Source: Octopus sinensis (Eukaryota). Taken from it: a DNA stretch of 64,000 nt. Under the pieces are notes generated by a model, which worked only from the letters and a program-made list of their open reading frames with translations, was not told the DNA's origin and searched no databases. The position numbers were made by a program, and so were the translations under genes. The stretch spans positions 31,186,001 through 31,250,000 of the forward strand of contig NC_042999.1 of assembly GCF_006345805.1 (NCBI RefSeq), read 5' to 3'. Shown piece after piece: positions 13,479 to 26,721 of this stretch. The stretch's first letter is position 1; each line of letters begins with the position of its first letter.

Positions 13479-13796
13479 GTTTATGTACGATTGTGTGGAT
13501 GCATGTATATGCATATATGAGCATAAATATACGTGTGTGAGTTTATAGGAGCACACACACACGCACACATACATACATATGTGTGTATACATAGAACGAA
13601 TGACTGTACTGAAACTACACACTCACATGTACGCACACATACACACACACATATATACATACATAACTACGTAAGTTCACGTTCATTCACTCACACACAT
13701 TCAGATATTTAAGAGTGTAACTTTGTTGGCAAATCTCTCTCTCTCTATCTATCTATTTATCCATGTTTATTTATATACACTTGCCTGAGTTTATGT

Positions 13797-13837
<41 letters not shown>

Positions 13838-13870
13838 TATGTATATTTGTATATACGTATTTATACATAT
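13070..13870. repeat. Complex (TA)n/(TG)n microsatellite field
   Basis: Read directly. Confidence 0.95.
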
Positions 13871-14290
13871 AAATCACTGTGAATGGAACTATATGGGGTA
13901 CGTAGCAAAGAGTCATATTATGCAACCTTAAAAGACATGTGTCTGTACTTACCGACAACAGTCTGGCACAATATAGTGCAATCATGGCTATCTATCCATC
14001 ATTCTATTTACTTCAGTGTATATGCGTGTGTATCTGCGTCTATATATCCAACAGAGAGGAATAATCAACCGATATCTAAAGAACGATATGCATGTTTCAT
14101 TCGGATTGGTCAAACTATGTGCCATTTGCGTGCAAATATAGTCATTAGATATACAGAGCATTCAGAAAATTAGTCAGGCGCTAGCTTTACAAAATGCTAG
14201 ATTATAGCCATATCATTCTAATGTCCACTATAGTATATAACTCAATAGTGAGTATGCGATATATTTATCGTACATTACTTGTTTGTGCAT

Positions 14291-14325
<35 letters not shown>

Positions 14326-14843
14326 TTATTTATTTATTTATTTATTTATATAATCACAAACATACATATATACATTGTGTTTGTTACTGGTATGTCTCCA
14401 CTGTACACTTTTCCATGCTTTGCTTATATATATTCTAGCATGTTTTTAGATTATCAAGATGTCAATTCTGATGACTAAACAAGCAAGAAAGATGTTTGTC
14501 GCCAAAGAACTATTGATTTCAGTAAATGTACTTTAACAGACACAGTAAAAAAAACAAAAAGATGTGTAAAATCAAAGCAAAAATACAACAACATTAGCAA
14601 AAGAATAAATTTAAAAAAACTAATAAAATCAAACAAAATTGAAAGAAAGAAAGACGGCCGGAAACTTCGAAAATCAATGGAATATAAATTATACAACAAT
14701 GGAAATAACGTGAACCGCAAATATCAAGTAAGCATTGAATGCACCAATTTTAAAATAAAGGTACTTGAAATAGAAAAAAAATACTATAAAGTGAAGATTG
14801 TACGAATGAATGTAAGAACTAAAGGGGGCACCGTATTTGTATT

Positions 14844-14886
<43 letters not shown>

Positions 14887-15449
14887 ATCTGTGTGTGTGT
14901 AACATTTATACTATATATATATATAAACTACGTATACTTTTGTAACATGATTTCACGATAGGGTTTAAATTTTTTTGCACACCGATATACAGCGTTAGTT
15001 TGTAGCAGTTCCTGAATGGAAAGAGAATAGTGGGCAAATTTATCTTGATATATATTATTTGTTAGACTATTCTTTAACATTTTAGTTAGAAAATCTTATC
15101 TTCCAAATGGTTCTTACGTAAACTTTATTCTAAAATCTACACTACTGTAAAATTTTCACGGCTCTAAAAATGTTGGACTATCCAGCTCTTTTGAAAATTT
15201 TACAAGGTCTGGTTCTGTTTCACCCTAAGCATTCATTCTTCCTTATTCGAGAAAGTTTCTGGATATTAATGCAAGCGAGGAAAGGCAGAGAATTTCTGTA
15301 GAATATTCTTTATTATCCTTCCCGTAAAATCGTATATTCAAGAACCTGAATCTTACACCAGAGGTATTGCTAAACCGAAAGGAACAGTTATTTATCATGG
15401 CATTTTGAAATAGTCGCTTCACACCTTTCGGTGTAGCCTGTTTAAAATT

Positions 15450-15629
15450 GCACACAAACCTTTGTGGTCAAAGTCTCGGTTGTAATTCCTTTCCTGGTAA
15501 ACAAGTTCACTAGACATTTAACTAAGGTATTGCGCAGTGATATTGAACCTAGAGCAATGTAGTTGCAAATTGAACGTGTTAACCAGGAACGGAATTGCAA
15601 CCCAGACTTTGACCACAAAGGTTTGTGTG

Positions 15630-15630
<1 letters not shown>
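15450..15630. repeat. 60-bp inverted repeat with a 61-nt spacer
   Basis: 15450-15509 versus 15571-15630: 55/60 matches, outer 27 bp perfect. Confidence 0.92.
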
Positions 15631-15683
<53 letters not shown>

Positions 15684-15702
15684 GTGTGTGTGTCTGCGTA
15701 TC

Positions 15703-15760
<58 letters not shown>

Positions 15761-15785
15761 ACTGAAAGAAATCCGTCGTATATAT

Positions 15786-16000
15786 ACTCTTTTACTCTTT
15801 TACCCTTTTACTTGTTTCAGTCATTTGACTGTGGCCATGCTGGAGCACCGCCTTTAATCGAGCAACTCGACCCCGGGACTTATTCTTTTTGTAAGCCCAG
15901 TACTTATTCTATCGGTCTCTTTTGCCGAACCGCTAAGTATCGGTGACATAAACACACCAGCATCGGTTGTCAAGCAATGCTAGGGGGACAAACACACACA

Positions 16001-16061
<61 letters not shown>

Positions 16062-16213
16062 GACGAATTTCTTTCAGTTTTCGTCTACCAAATCCACTTA
16101 CAAGTGTATAGACAGGCCGAGGCCATAGAAAATGACATCTCCAAGGTACCACGCAGTTGAAGTGAGCTCGGAAATACACCGTTGAAAAGCAATTATTTTA
16201 CCACACAGCCACG
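15786..16213 (-). mobile_element. SINE family B
   Basis: Reverse complement of 18187-18597. Confidence 0.9.
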
Positions 16214-16605
16214 ACTGGCTATTCCGTTTCATTTAGCGATATGGCCGAAGATTTAATGTAAGTGATGTTACTGAATGTTTGATTCATTCTACAATGCTGT
16301 AGAGTGAATATTCGGAAATTTATTAATATCACATACGACATATACGGAAATTTCTTAATATCACAGAGATGTACATCTTTTATGGCGAAAATTCCTGAGA
16401 AACAAAGAGGACTGAAACTTTTCTAGGAATTTATACAGGTTTAACTATACATCAAAAGAAACCTTATCATCCGTAACATGTTCCTGTCTATAGAATGCTT
16501 CAGCTGAGAAACACCGAACACATATGCCTGTGTTCTAAAGAATTTCCTTGCAGCTGGGTAATATTGAGTAATGTTCGCTTACACAGAATCACACATAGAA
16601 ATACA

Positions 16606-16839
16606 TATTTCCTTATTACCCACAAGGGGCTAAACATAGAGGGGACAAAAAAGGACAGGCATGGGTATTAAGTAAATTATATCGACCCCCAGTGCGTAAC
16701 TAGTACTTATTTAATCGACCCCGAAAGGATGAAAGGCAAAGTCGACCTCGGCGGAATTTGAACTCACAACGTAACGGCAGACGAAATACCGCAAAGCATT
16801 TCGCCCGGCGTGCTAACGTTTCTACCAGCTCGCCGCCTT
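16606..16839 (-). mobile_element. SINE family A, full length
   Basis: Perfect 18-bp TSD atcacacatagaaataca at 16588-16605 and 16840-16857. Confidence 0.92.
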
Positions 16840-17577
16840 ATCACACATAGAAATACAGGCGCACAGACACTTAAGGCACGTGCACAAGTGTGTAAGGTAA
16901 TGAGCTCAGAATTATGAGGACAAAACTTTGATTCTTGGCTTTGATAGTGAACATTACAGCGAATCTAGGTTGGCTGTCGACTAGCGTGTCTCAACCGGGT
17001 CGAAATGATCCTTGCAGGACCATATAAGATTTTGTTTAAATTTATGAGCAATAATTGTACACTTCAACAATGCACATATTATATTACTGTATATAATTCC
17101 CAGTAATATTTCAGTATGAAAATACATTATGATTGTATATATATATATATATCATTGCAGTAGAGGACTTTCTGCCCATCTTGAGTGGTGAATATTTGCA
17201 GCCAATGAAATAAAGGAAACAGGGAGATATGTTGCAGTGTAGAGGACGGGAGATGAGGTAGAAACAGCCTCTTGTTGGTTATAGAACAGGGAAGTTGAAA
17301 TAAGATAGAGTGGGGACAGCAAGGAAGGGGCTACCACTTAAGGTCGAAAAATCCAATTCTGTAAAATGCATCAAATATAAAATATTCCTCGTAAAATCTA
17401 TATACACCGGGATTATTTTATATGAGTGAATGTGTGCAAACTTGTGTATCTATCTATCTATCTTTCTATCTATATTTATATATATATATATATAGATATA
17501 TATATATACATGCATATCTGTATATCTATATACATGTATATATATGTGTGTATGTATATATATATATATATATAGTC

Positions 17578-17793
17578 TTTTCTTCTCTTACTTGTTTCAG
17601 TTATTTGACAGCCGCCATGTTGGAGCTCGCACCGCTTTAGTTGAACAACTCGACCCCAGGAATTATTCTTTGTAAGCCCAGTATTATCCGTCTCTTTTCC
17701 CGAACCACTAATTTACGGTGGCGTAAACACTTCATCAGTTGTCTAGCGATTGTGGGGGTACAAGCAGACACACAAATACATACACACACGCAT

Positions 17794-17824
<31 letters not shown>

Positions 17825-17985
17825 CATACGACAGGCTTGCAATTTCCGTCTATCAAATCCATTCACAAGGTTTTGATCGGCCCGAGGATATAGCAGAAGA
17901 CACTTGACCAAGGTGCCACACAGTGAGACTGAACCAGGGACTATATGGTTGGTAAGCAAACTAGTAACCACACAGTCACGCTTGC
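17578..17985 (-). mobile_element. SINE family B
   Basis: Reverse complement of 18187-18597, more diverged. Confidence 0.88.
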
Positions 17986-18186
17986 GTGTATATATATATT
18001 ATATATTTATATATCATATAAATACATGTGTATATGTATATATATATTATATATACACAAACACATACACACACGTACATACATACGAACGCATAAATAT
18101 GTTGCATGTAAATACTGGATTGAAAAACGAAGGCTTTCTATGTACTTATATACTTATACACACGCATAAATATACATACAAAAGCA

Positions 18187-18597
18187 CAGGAGTGGCTGTG
18201 TGGTAAGTAGCTTGCTAAACAACCACATGGTTCCGGGTTCAGTCCCACTGCGTGGCATCTTGGGCAGGTGTCTTCTACTATAGTCCCGGGCCGACCAATG
18301 CCTTGTGAGTGGATTTGGTAGACGGAAACTGAAAAAAGCCCGTTGTATATATGTATATATATATATGTGTGTGTGTGTTTGTGTGTCTGTGTTTGTCCCC
18401 CTAGCATTGCTTGACAACCGATGCTGGTGTGTTTACGTCCCCGTAAGTTAGCGGTTCGGCAAAAGAGACTGATAGAATAAGTACTGGGCTTACAAAGAAT
18501 AAGTCCCGCGGTCGATTTGCTCGACTAAAAGGCGGTGCTCCAGCATGGCCGCAGTCAAATGACTGAAACAAGTAAAAGAGAAAAAAGAGAAAGAGAG
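18187..18597 (+). mobile_element. tRNA-derived SINE family B, full length, with internal microsatellite
   Basis: A box tggctgtgtgg, B box ggttcagtccc, internal (TA)/(TG) tract, 3' end gcggtgctccagcatggccgcagtcaaatgactgaaacaagtaaaagag. Confidence 0.92.
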
Positions 18598-18819
18598 CTA
18601 AACATGCTATCAGATTCAATTCCCCATTTTGTCCTTTGCTTTTTGTTTCTTTTTGTATAAAAATGCATTATCATGCGGGATATAACTGTGTTTACAACTC
18701 CTCTCTTATAATTCCAGCCGTCTATCTCTACACTAACTCTCATACAAATACATATATACACTCACACAGATTTCTTTTTGTGTGTGTTCATGTGTGTACT
18801 TTTATCACGTGTATGCAAG

Positions 18820-19071
18820 CATATACATACATATATATATATATATATAATATATATATATATATATACACACACATATATGTGTATATATATATACACA
18901 TATATGTGTGTATATATATATATATACACATATATGTATATATATATATATATATATATACATATATGTATATATATATAATATATATATGTATATATAT
19001 ATATATATATACATATATGTATATATGTATATATACATATATGTATATATATATATATATAGATATATATA

Positions 19072-19118
<47 letters not shown>

Positions 19119-19144
19119 TGTATATATATATATACATTTACATA

Positions 19145-19205
<61 letters not shown>

Positions 19206-19275
19206 ATGCATGCAACTATTGATCCATTTCCCTCTCTCTCTTTGTGTATATATATATATATATATATATCATAAT
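18820..19275. repeat. Complex (TA)n microsatellite field
   Basis: Read directly. Confidence 0.95.
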
Positions 19276-20204
19276 TATGTATATAATGTTAGGTGGGCAT
19301 ATGAAAATCCATGCATCTGTTTGTTGTTACAGAGGTAGATCATGCTGCAGAGAGTGTCACAAGAGGAAACGTTTGCTGTTTTTGATATAAGTGAGTTTAA
19401 AGTCATCTTTGTCAGATTCAATATATTCTGTTTCAATGGAATGAACTGGAGAATAGCTTCATGAACCACAACACATTATAATATATCTATAAAAGGTTGA
19501 ACATAAAAATCCGAAATTAGATATAAACATTAAAGATACATTAAGCTGAAGATGACCGCATTAAAGAGAAACTACATACAATGGGAAACTTTGATGTGGG
19601 GGAGATTTTCTGTATAGTAGAGTCTTTTTTTTTTCAGCTTTTTAATGATTGCTTTTGTCGGGGTGATGTTTTTGCACATTTCTGTGATTGCCCTTATCGA
19701 ATGAAAATAAAGGAATAAGATGTATAATGTACACTTAGAAAATATATTGTGTAATCTATCATGACTTCATATTAGAAGGATTGTGGTTGTAAAGCAGAGC
19801 GGCCATAATATTTTTAGCTTTCAAGAGTGGAGTACTGAGTGCCTTGATACTGCACTAATTTAATCCCAATTCAAACCATGTATCAACACAATACTATTTT
19901 ACTGACAGGCGCACTCACATGTAAATTACTAAGAAGGGAAGGGTTCTTCGCATGAGCCAAAGTATCCGACTCATGCTGAAATCACATGTCAGATTGAAAG
20001 AGGTAGTACTAGAAACACACAGTAAACCAGAAAAATAAGGTAGGATGATCACAGCGGATCACTATTCTTGAATGAATACCAACAGTGTATGGAGTTTGGT
20101 TAAATCGTCTAAGCCCTCCACCAAAAGGTCAGAACTTGTCATATACTAGCAAGGATTATAAACCATATATTTTACGTGTTACATGCCGAAATAGTTATTT
20201 CTCA

Positions 20205-20492
20205 GAGTTGATTTGGTAGACGGAAACTGAAAAAAGCCCGTCGTATATATGTATATATGTATGTGTGTATGTGTATATGTCTGTATGTCTGTGTTTGTTA
20301 GCCCACCAACATCGTTTGACAACCGATGCTGGTGTGTTTACGTCTCCGTAACTTAACGGTTCGGCAAAAAGAGACTGATGGAATAAGTTCTAGTCTTCCA
20401 AAGAATTAGTCTTGGGGTCGATTTGCTCGACTAAAGGCGGTGCTCAAGCTTGGCTGCAGTCAAATACTGAAACAAGTAAAAGAGTAAAAGAG
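20205..20492 (+). mobile_element. SINE family B, 5'-truncated
   Basis: Starts at gatttggtagacggaaactg and ends gtaaaagagtaaaagag. Confidence 0.9.
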
Positions 20493-20619
20493 ATGCGCTA
20501 CTGATTCTGCCAGCTTGCCGTCTTCATAATATTCCTGCTCACTATAGGCACAAGGCTTGACATTTTAGAGCAAATCTCTAAGCGAGTGCAAAACCTCCAG
20601 TGCTTGAATGATCCCCTAT

Positions 20620-20965
20620 TTTACTGATACTGAAACGATGAAAAACAAAACTGGCCTGACAGGAATTTGCCCTCAGATCATTACGACGGAAAAAAAACAG
20701 TGCCATTTGTTTCACCCGCTGTGCTAACGATTCTACCAGCGTACCGCATTAACAAAACAGCAATAACAACAAGAATGTTAATAATAATGGTGCAAATCTT
20801 TTGGCATAAGAACAGCAATTTCGGGGTCAGGATAAGTCAATAGCATTGGCCCCGGTGTTCAAATTTGACTTATTCACTCGACCCAGAAAATATGAAAGTT
20901 AAACTCGATCTGGATGGTATTTGAACTCAGAAAGTGAAGTGCAATGAAATGCTATTAAGCATACT
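20620..20965 (-). mobile_element. Two decayed family A-related SINE remnants
   Basis: gctaacgattctaccagc head remnant; tcgacccagaaaatatgaaag...tttgaactcag core remnant. Confidence 0.5.
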
Positions 20966-22994
20966 TTTCAGTTTAGTAACGAATTTTAACAATAACAAAA
21001 ACAACAACAAAAACAAAAACAACAACAAATATTGTTTCAAGTCCCATGTCAGTGGATGTATATGTTATGTTACACACAACAACAACAACAACAACAACAC
21101 ACAGACACATATACGCACACAAATGGATGTATGTACGTATCTATACGCTCTCTTTAAGTTCGAGTCTTGTCTTTCTATTAAATCGATCAAACAAACTGAA
21201 AATAAAATAAATTATATTACAAAGCTTAAACAAAGAAATATTAAAGAAATAAGACTAAGAATCAGCCGCAAGGGAAATAATCCTTTCATACCTTGACAAC
21301 AGAAACTATACATAAGTAAATATTTTAGCAAACGTCTAAAGATTTATTCGGCAAGAAAGCACTAAATTATTTGATTTCTGTTTAGAACTGGTTCTCTTAA
21401 GGGGTTTACACAACATTGATATCGAGAAAATAGATAGATAAATAAACAAACAAATATATAAATGAAAAGCGTAAATCTACGTAGAAAATTACACAAATAT
21501 ATATATTAAAACAAAATAGTGGAATCAATTCGTGTATAGTTTGAAGCAAACAATATTTCAAGAGAGGTATACAACATTATCATTCTAACACTTGTTACGA
21601 TCGTTTACGAGGCTGATCTGACATCATGAATATATTGCAACGACATTGCTAATGATGAGGATGATGACGATACGTCTCTCCACCGTCATCGTCACGGGGA
21701 TAACAATCATTAACGTCGACGCGCTTATAAGGAGAAAGATGGCAGTAGTTTACTTGTTCAAACTAAAGAAGCCATGAAACATTTAGGAGACACGTCACAA
21801 ATAAAAAAATAAAAACAAGTGTGTGTTAGAGTCTTTAATATGTGACTTCATTACGTTCGTAGCTACCTACCTACCTACCTACCTACAAATCTATCTGCTT
21901 ACCTATCTACGCACTACCCATCGTCCTACCTATATACATACCTCCCCACATTTCTCCCTTCTACCGCCCATCCAACCTACGTAGCTTACTACAACGGATA
22001 AAGCAAAAGTTTTAATATTCTTGCTATCATGTGCAAGCAAAAGCTACATCGATTAACTTGATCCGGGGATTTCTAAGACTCCGGAAAGAGACATTTGGTC
22101 GGTAACTTCATAAGAGGAAATATGCGTTCAAAACACGGATTTCCTTTTTTTGCCGACATCCAACTGTAAGCCGACTCGTTTTAGGGAGATAACTGAAACC
22201 GATCTAAGAGTTGTAACTTCATCTCACCCAAATTTCAAGCCCGGCAAAACTTAAACCCGGGGTTATGTTTACAAAATGAACTGACTATGATGTATTCCCC
22301 TCCCTTGATGTAAAAACATTATTTAACGCCGGTCAACAAGTCTGACGCGTCTCCTATATAGCTAAGTGATTTCATAAGAACCCTAAGTCTGGGTCGAGAA
22401 CAACACATCTGAGAAAATAGCATATAAGGTCTCCAACGCATGTTTTCGATACAAATTCATATAAATAGAATCATGTATATAAAAAAAAATATATACACAT
22501 GCACGCCGGCAAGCAATATCGCGATCAACTATGAGTTCCAGATTCAGCGTAGGGAAGACTTGACATGTGGAGTTTACATAAAGAAAGAGCATCAAATTGA
22601 TGAAGTTCCCTTCAGGTGTTACAGACGCGTTTTTATGGATAAATACACATATCAATTTATGCACCAACAAAACCTACATCTGAAACAACCGACTTAAATT
22701 TCAACCCATTGGTGTTCTTTCTTTATACAATTAATTTAACATTTTGAATTAGAAGTAGCTCACATAATGTGAACGTTATCAATGTCACAAACTAATCGAT
22801 GCGTGTGTGTTATTTATATATATATACTCTTTACTCTTTTTTACTCATTTACTTGTTTCAGTCATTGGACTGTGGCCATGCTGGAGCACCGCCTTTAGTC
22901 GAGCAAATCTATCCCAGGACTTATTCCTTGTAAGCCTAGTACGATGTTGGATAATCACAGGCACACAAACTTATACACACACATACATATATGC

Positions 22995-23569
22995 TTATGA
23001 GATATTTATAATTATAACCGTAAAGGTTCTTTTAATATACTGCCACAATTCCTGATGGAGTTTTTTTTCTGTAGAGAAAAAGGCTACATCCCTTTTAATA
23101 GTAGTAAACTAATTACTGCTTGCTGCAGGGGGACTTGTAACCACTACAATATGTAGCGGCGGCAAGTCAACAGGTTGTTCTTTTATTTTTGGATATAACG
23201 GGGTTACTCAAATGTGCTTGTGTTATTCGCTTCCGCTGTTTTCCAGGGACACGTGTGAGTATCTCACTTATTTTCTCTCGTAAGCTTAACTGAAGACGAA
23301 CGAACACTTATAGTGTTGATTCCGAAATTGATTCAATATTAAGATAACGAAATTTAAATGTTCCAAAGGTAGAGTTGCCCGCATTTCAGTTCAACATTCA
23401 GTAGCAAGTAGATTAAACGTGGATTTCAGTATATTGGCTTTAGAAAACTTTCTTTAGCCCTTGATTATGAGATATTTATAATTTTACCCGTAAAGGTTAT
23501 TTTAATATACTGCCACAATTCTTGATGGAGTTTTTTTCTGTAGGGAAAAAGGCTACATCCCTTTTAATA

Positions 23570-23572
<3 letters not shown>
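22995..23572 (+). mobile_element. HHR-bearing insert with 108-bp terminal direct repeats (retrozyme-like or Penelope pLTR-like)
   Basis: 22995-23103 and 23465-23572 are direct repeats (5 substitutions, 1 indel) with period 470 bp. The insert splits one SINE into colinear halves. Confidence 0.7.
23278..23350 (+). ncRNA. Type I hammerhead ribozyme, near-complete
   Basis: Stem I CTTAA/TTAAG plus distal TCGT/ACGA, core CTGAAGA, 11-nt stem II arms (8 Watson-Crick pairs), GAA, stem III ATTG-ATT-CAAT, AUA cleavage triplet at 23336-23338. The stem II closing pair is C-C rather than G-C. Confidence 0.8.
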
Positions 23573-23641
<69 letters not shown>

Positions 23642-24287
23642 CGACGGGCTTCTTTCAGTTTCCGTCTACCAAATCCACTCACAAGGCTTTGGTCGGCCCG
23701 CAGGTATAGTTGAAGACAGTTGCCCAATGTGCCACGCAGTGGGACTGAACCCGGAACCATGACGTTCGTAAGCAAGCTACTTACCACACAGCCACTCCTA
23801 AAAGTGTTTATAACATTTGCATCTCAAGCCTTAGTAGACATTACATATATATATATATATTCGAAGTATATCTGCGCAGTTTCAGTCAAGCAAATTTCTC
23901 TCACATGCATGTTATTTATTGAACGTAGGCTATTTAACGAAGCGCTTTCTACACGAAACGAAACCTAAGCACATAGTTCTTGTGAAACGAAATTATTAAG
24001 TACTCAGTTCTCACTGCGAGTCCAAGGCACATAAAGACTCATTCACACTTACACTCAGATACATTCAACACACTGACACACATGCATACATATACACATG
24101 TACGCCAGCACACACCTTGCTCTGATTCATGTCAATGAACACATCGTTTCGAAAACTATATATGCGTGAGTGACCTAGGCAATTATTGAACAAGATATGA
24201 CAAGCAACAATACACTAATGTAAAAGCGTTTACAACATTCCCATTGCAAGACTTTCTGTAGTCTGGTGTGTCAGTGTTTCTTCATTT

Positions 24288-24752
24288 TTAGAGAATCAAT
24301 TTCTCGTCACCAGTCACAATTCGGTGCAAAACCTTTTCTTTCGTGAGATGTGAGTTCAGGGAAGAGCACACATTCACTCTCTGCGTGTGATCATACTTGG
24401 GAAGTTTGTGAGGAACACATTGACTCAAATTGCTGACACACCCGATGGCACGCTAGTGCCGATGAATGGTTGAATGTCCAAATCTAAGATTCTCTGAGAG
24501 TTCATCAACAGTTGCGATGGGATTTTAATCCACCAGTATTTGCAGCACGCTCTCGTCGAGGTCCACAGGATTTCCAGGACGCGGCTCATCTTATAGACTG
24601 TAGTTTCCGGCTCAGAATTTCTTGAACTACTGTTGACTCTGGTTTACGCTAATTGTCCGATCCCCATATATTGCATTAATATTCCTCACATCGTTCGTTG
24701 CGCTGTTGCCTTTATTGAACCCAAAAAGCAAAATATGCCGGACATGCCCCAT
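24288..24752 (-). mobile_element. Mariner transposase N-terminal pseudogene fragment
   Basis: MGHVRHILLFGFNKG...DEPRPGNP...CVPHKL...VLHRIVTGDEKLIL* with several in-frame stops. Contains WVPHEL-like and IVTGDEKW-like mariner motifs. Confidence 0.9.
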
Positions 24753-24897
24753 TATAGCTTTGAAAGACTGTTAAAATCGAACTGCATTCTTCAAATCTTG
24801 CACTAAGTAGAATTACTACCTGCTTTTATAATAAGTTGATGCAGGTAGTTCATGCATCATGAAACCAGTATATTCATATATATATATATATATACAA

Positions 24898-24969
<72 letters not shown>

Positions 24970-25670
24970 TATGTATATATATATGTATGCATATATGCAT
25001 GTAAATGTTTGTTTACTTAATATCTTTATAGCGAAATCAGTTGAATGATTTGGCGCGTATTAGTAATCAACCATCTGTTAATGCAGGTGAATTCGTTTGT
25101 TCAGCGGAAATCAATTGAACTTAACTTATTTGCACGTGATATGCGACCTCAGCAGTGAATCAGCATTTTTGTCTTTTAAGTTTCCATTATTACAATAATA
25201 TTGCTGCATTCATTGATGAAGTTTGTTGATTTTTTCTTTTCAGTCCTTACTGGTTTGTAAAGATACATTGCAACATATTTTATCTTTTCCATGCATAAAC
25301 TACAGAATTTGTTTTGTGACCTTGGTCTTTCCTATGCTTTTGTATCTTATTGTTACACACGCATGCTAAATGGTGGCTGTTTCCTTTTGATCAATGTTCC
25401 TAAGAACTAGTATGTGGGTACAATCACTTCTGAAATATATTTTCACTGAAGCATATGGAGAAGTCTTTTGTTTAGTCTACTGGAGGGGGTTGCTTTTTTT
25501 CAGTTCTATTTTGTTTTTGTCAGACATAAACTTCGCTTCCACCAAATTATCTTTCATGTCTATACACTTTATATGGAATTGTGTGTATGTATGTATATAT
25601 ATATATATACACACACATATATATATATATACTTATACACATACATTCTTACTTGTATACATAATTATAT

Positions 25671-25733
<63 letters not shown>

Positions 25734-26300
25734 TCGTATGTAAATGTATGCTTGTGTGCACGTGTGTGACGCCAGTCGACACGTGACCGAATAAGATTCC
25801 AAAAAGTTCCTGAGCATGAATTTGTTTTCTGTGGGTAAGATATTGCAAAAGTTTGGACCCATTTTTCAACGCAAACAGAAAAGAGGTTGAGACAACTAGA
25901 AAGGAAATGCTTTTCAGATGTTTTTGTAAAGTGTTCCTTCATTTAGAAGGAATTTCCGATCAAAACTAAAGGTTTTTCACTCGCATCAAAACCTAGGACC
26001 GCGAGAGATATTACTCCTACAGAGGAGAGTAGACCTAGGAACAATTCAGTCTAAGAGGTGGTTTCACATTTCAAAATTTTGTAACTACACGACCAGGGTC
26101 ACATTACCAAATGCAGTTTAGAGTTATATAAATGACATATACACACACACAGATACAGAGATATAAGTATTTATCTGGTTAGAGGAACAGAAATTTATGT
26201 ATATGTAATAACTATGTGTGAGAGTATGGAAGTAGTATTGGCGCACGCGCACACATTTATATAAAGAAACACTCGCGCGCGAGCGAGATTAATTTACACT

Positions 26301-26712
26301 TTACTCTCTTTTACCCATTTGTTTTAGTCATTTGACTGCGGACATGCTGGAGCACCGCCTTTAGTCGAGCAAATCGACCCCAGGACTTATTCTTTGTAAG
26401 CCTAGTACTGATTTTAACGGTCTATATTTGCCGAACCGCTAAGTTACAGAGACCTAAACAAACCAGCATCGGTTGTCAAGCGATGTTTGGGTGGGAGACA
26501 AACAAAGTCATACAAACACACACTCACATATATACATATACATATGTACGACGGGGTTCTTTCAGTTTCCATCTACTAAATACGCTCACAAGGCATTGGT
26601 TGGCCCGAAGCTATAGTAGAAGACACTTGTCCAACTTAGCACGCAGTGTGACTGACCCCAGAACCATGGGCTTGGTAAGCCAGCTACTTACCACACAGTC
26701 ACTCCTGTGCCT
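26301..26712 (-). mobile_element. SINE family B
   Basis: Full-length match. Confidence 0.9.
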
Positions 26713-26721
26713 GTATAAGAA

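Larger units (their letters stand above)
22826..23799 (-). mobile_element. SINE family B split by the HHR insert
   Basis: 3' half at 22826-22994 and 5' half at 23573-23799; same orientation and non-overlapping. Confidence 0.85.

Noticed and set aside
15150-15420. Possible hAT dimerisation-domain relic
   Set aside because: Needs several frameshifts and has few identical residues.
17150-17345. Possible LINE RT fragment on the minus strand
   Set aside because: Only a vague GVPQGSxLSP-like resemblance; too decayed to support.
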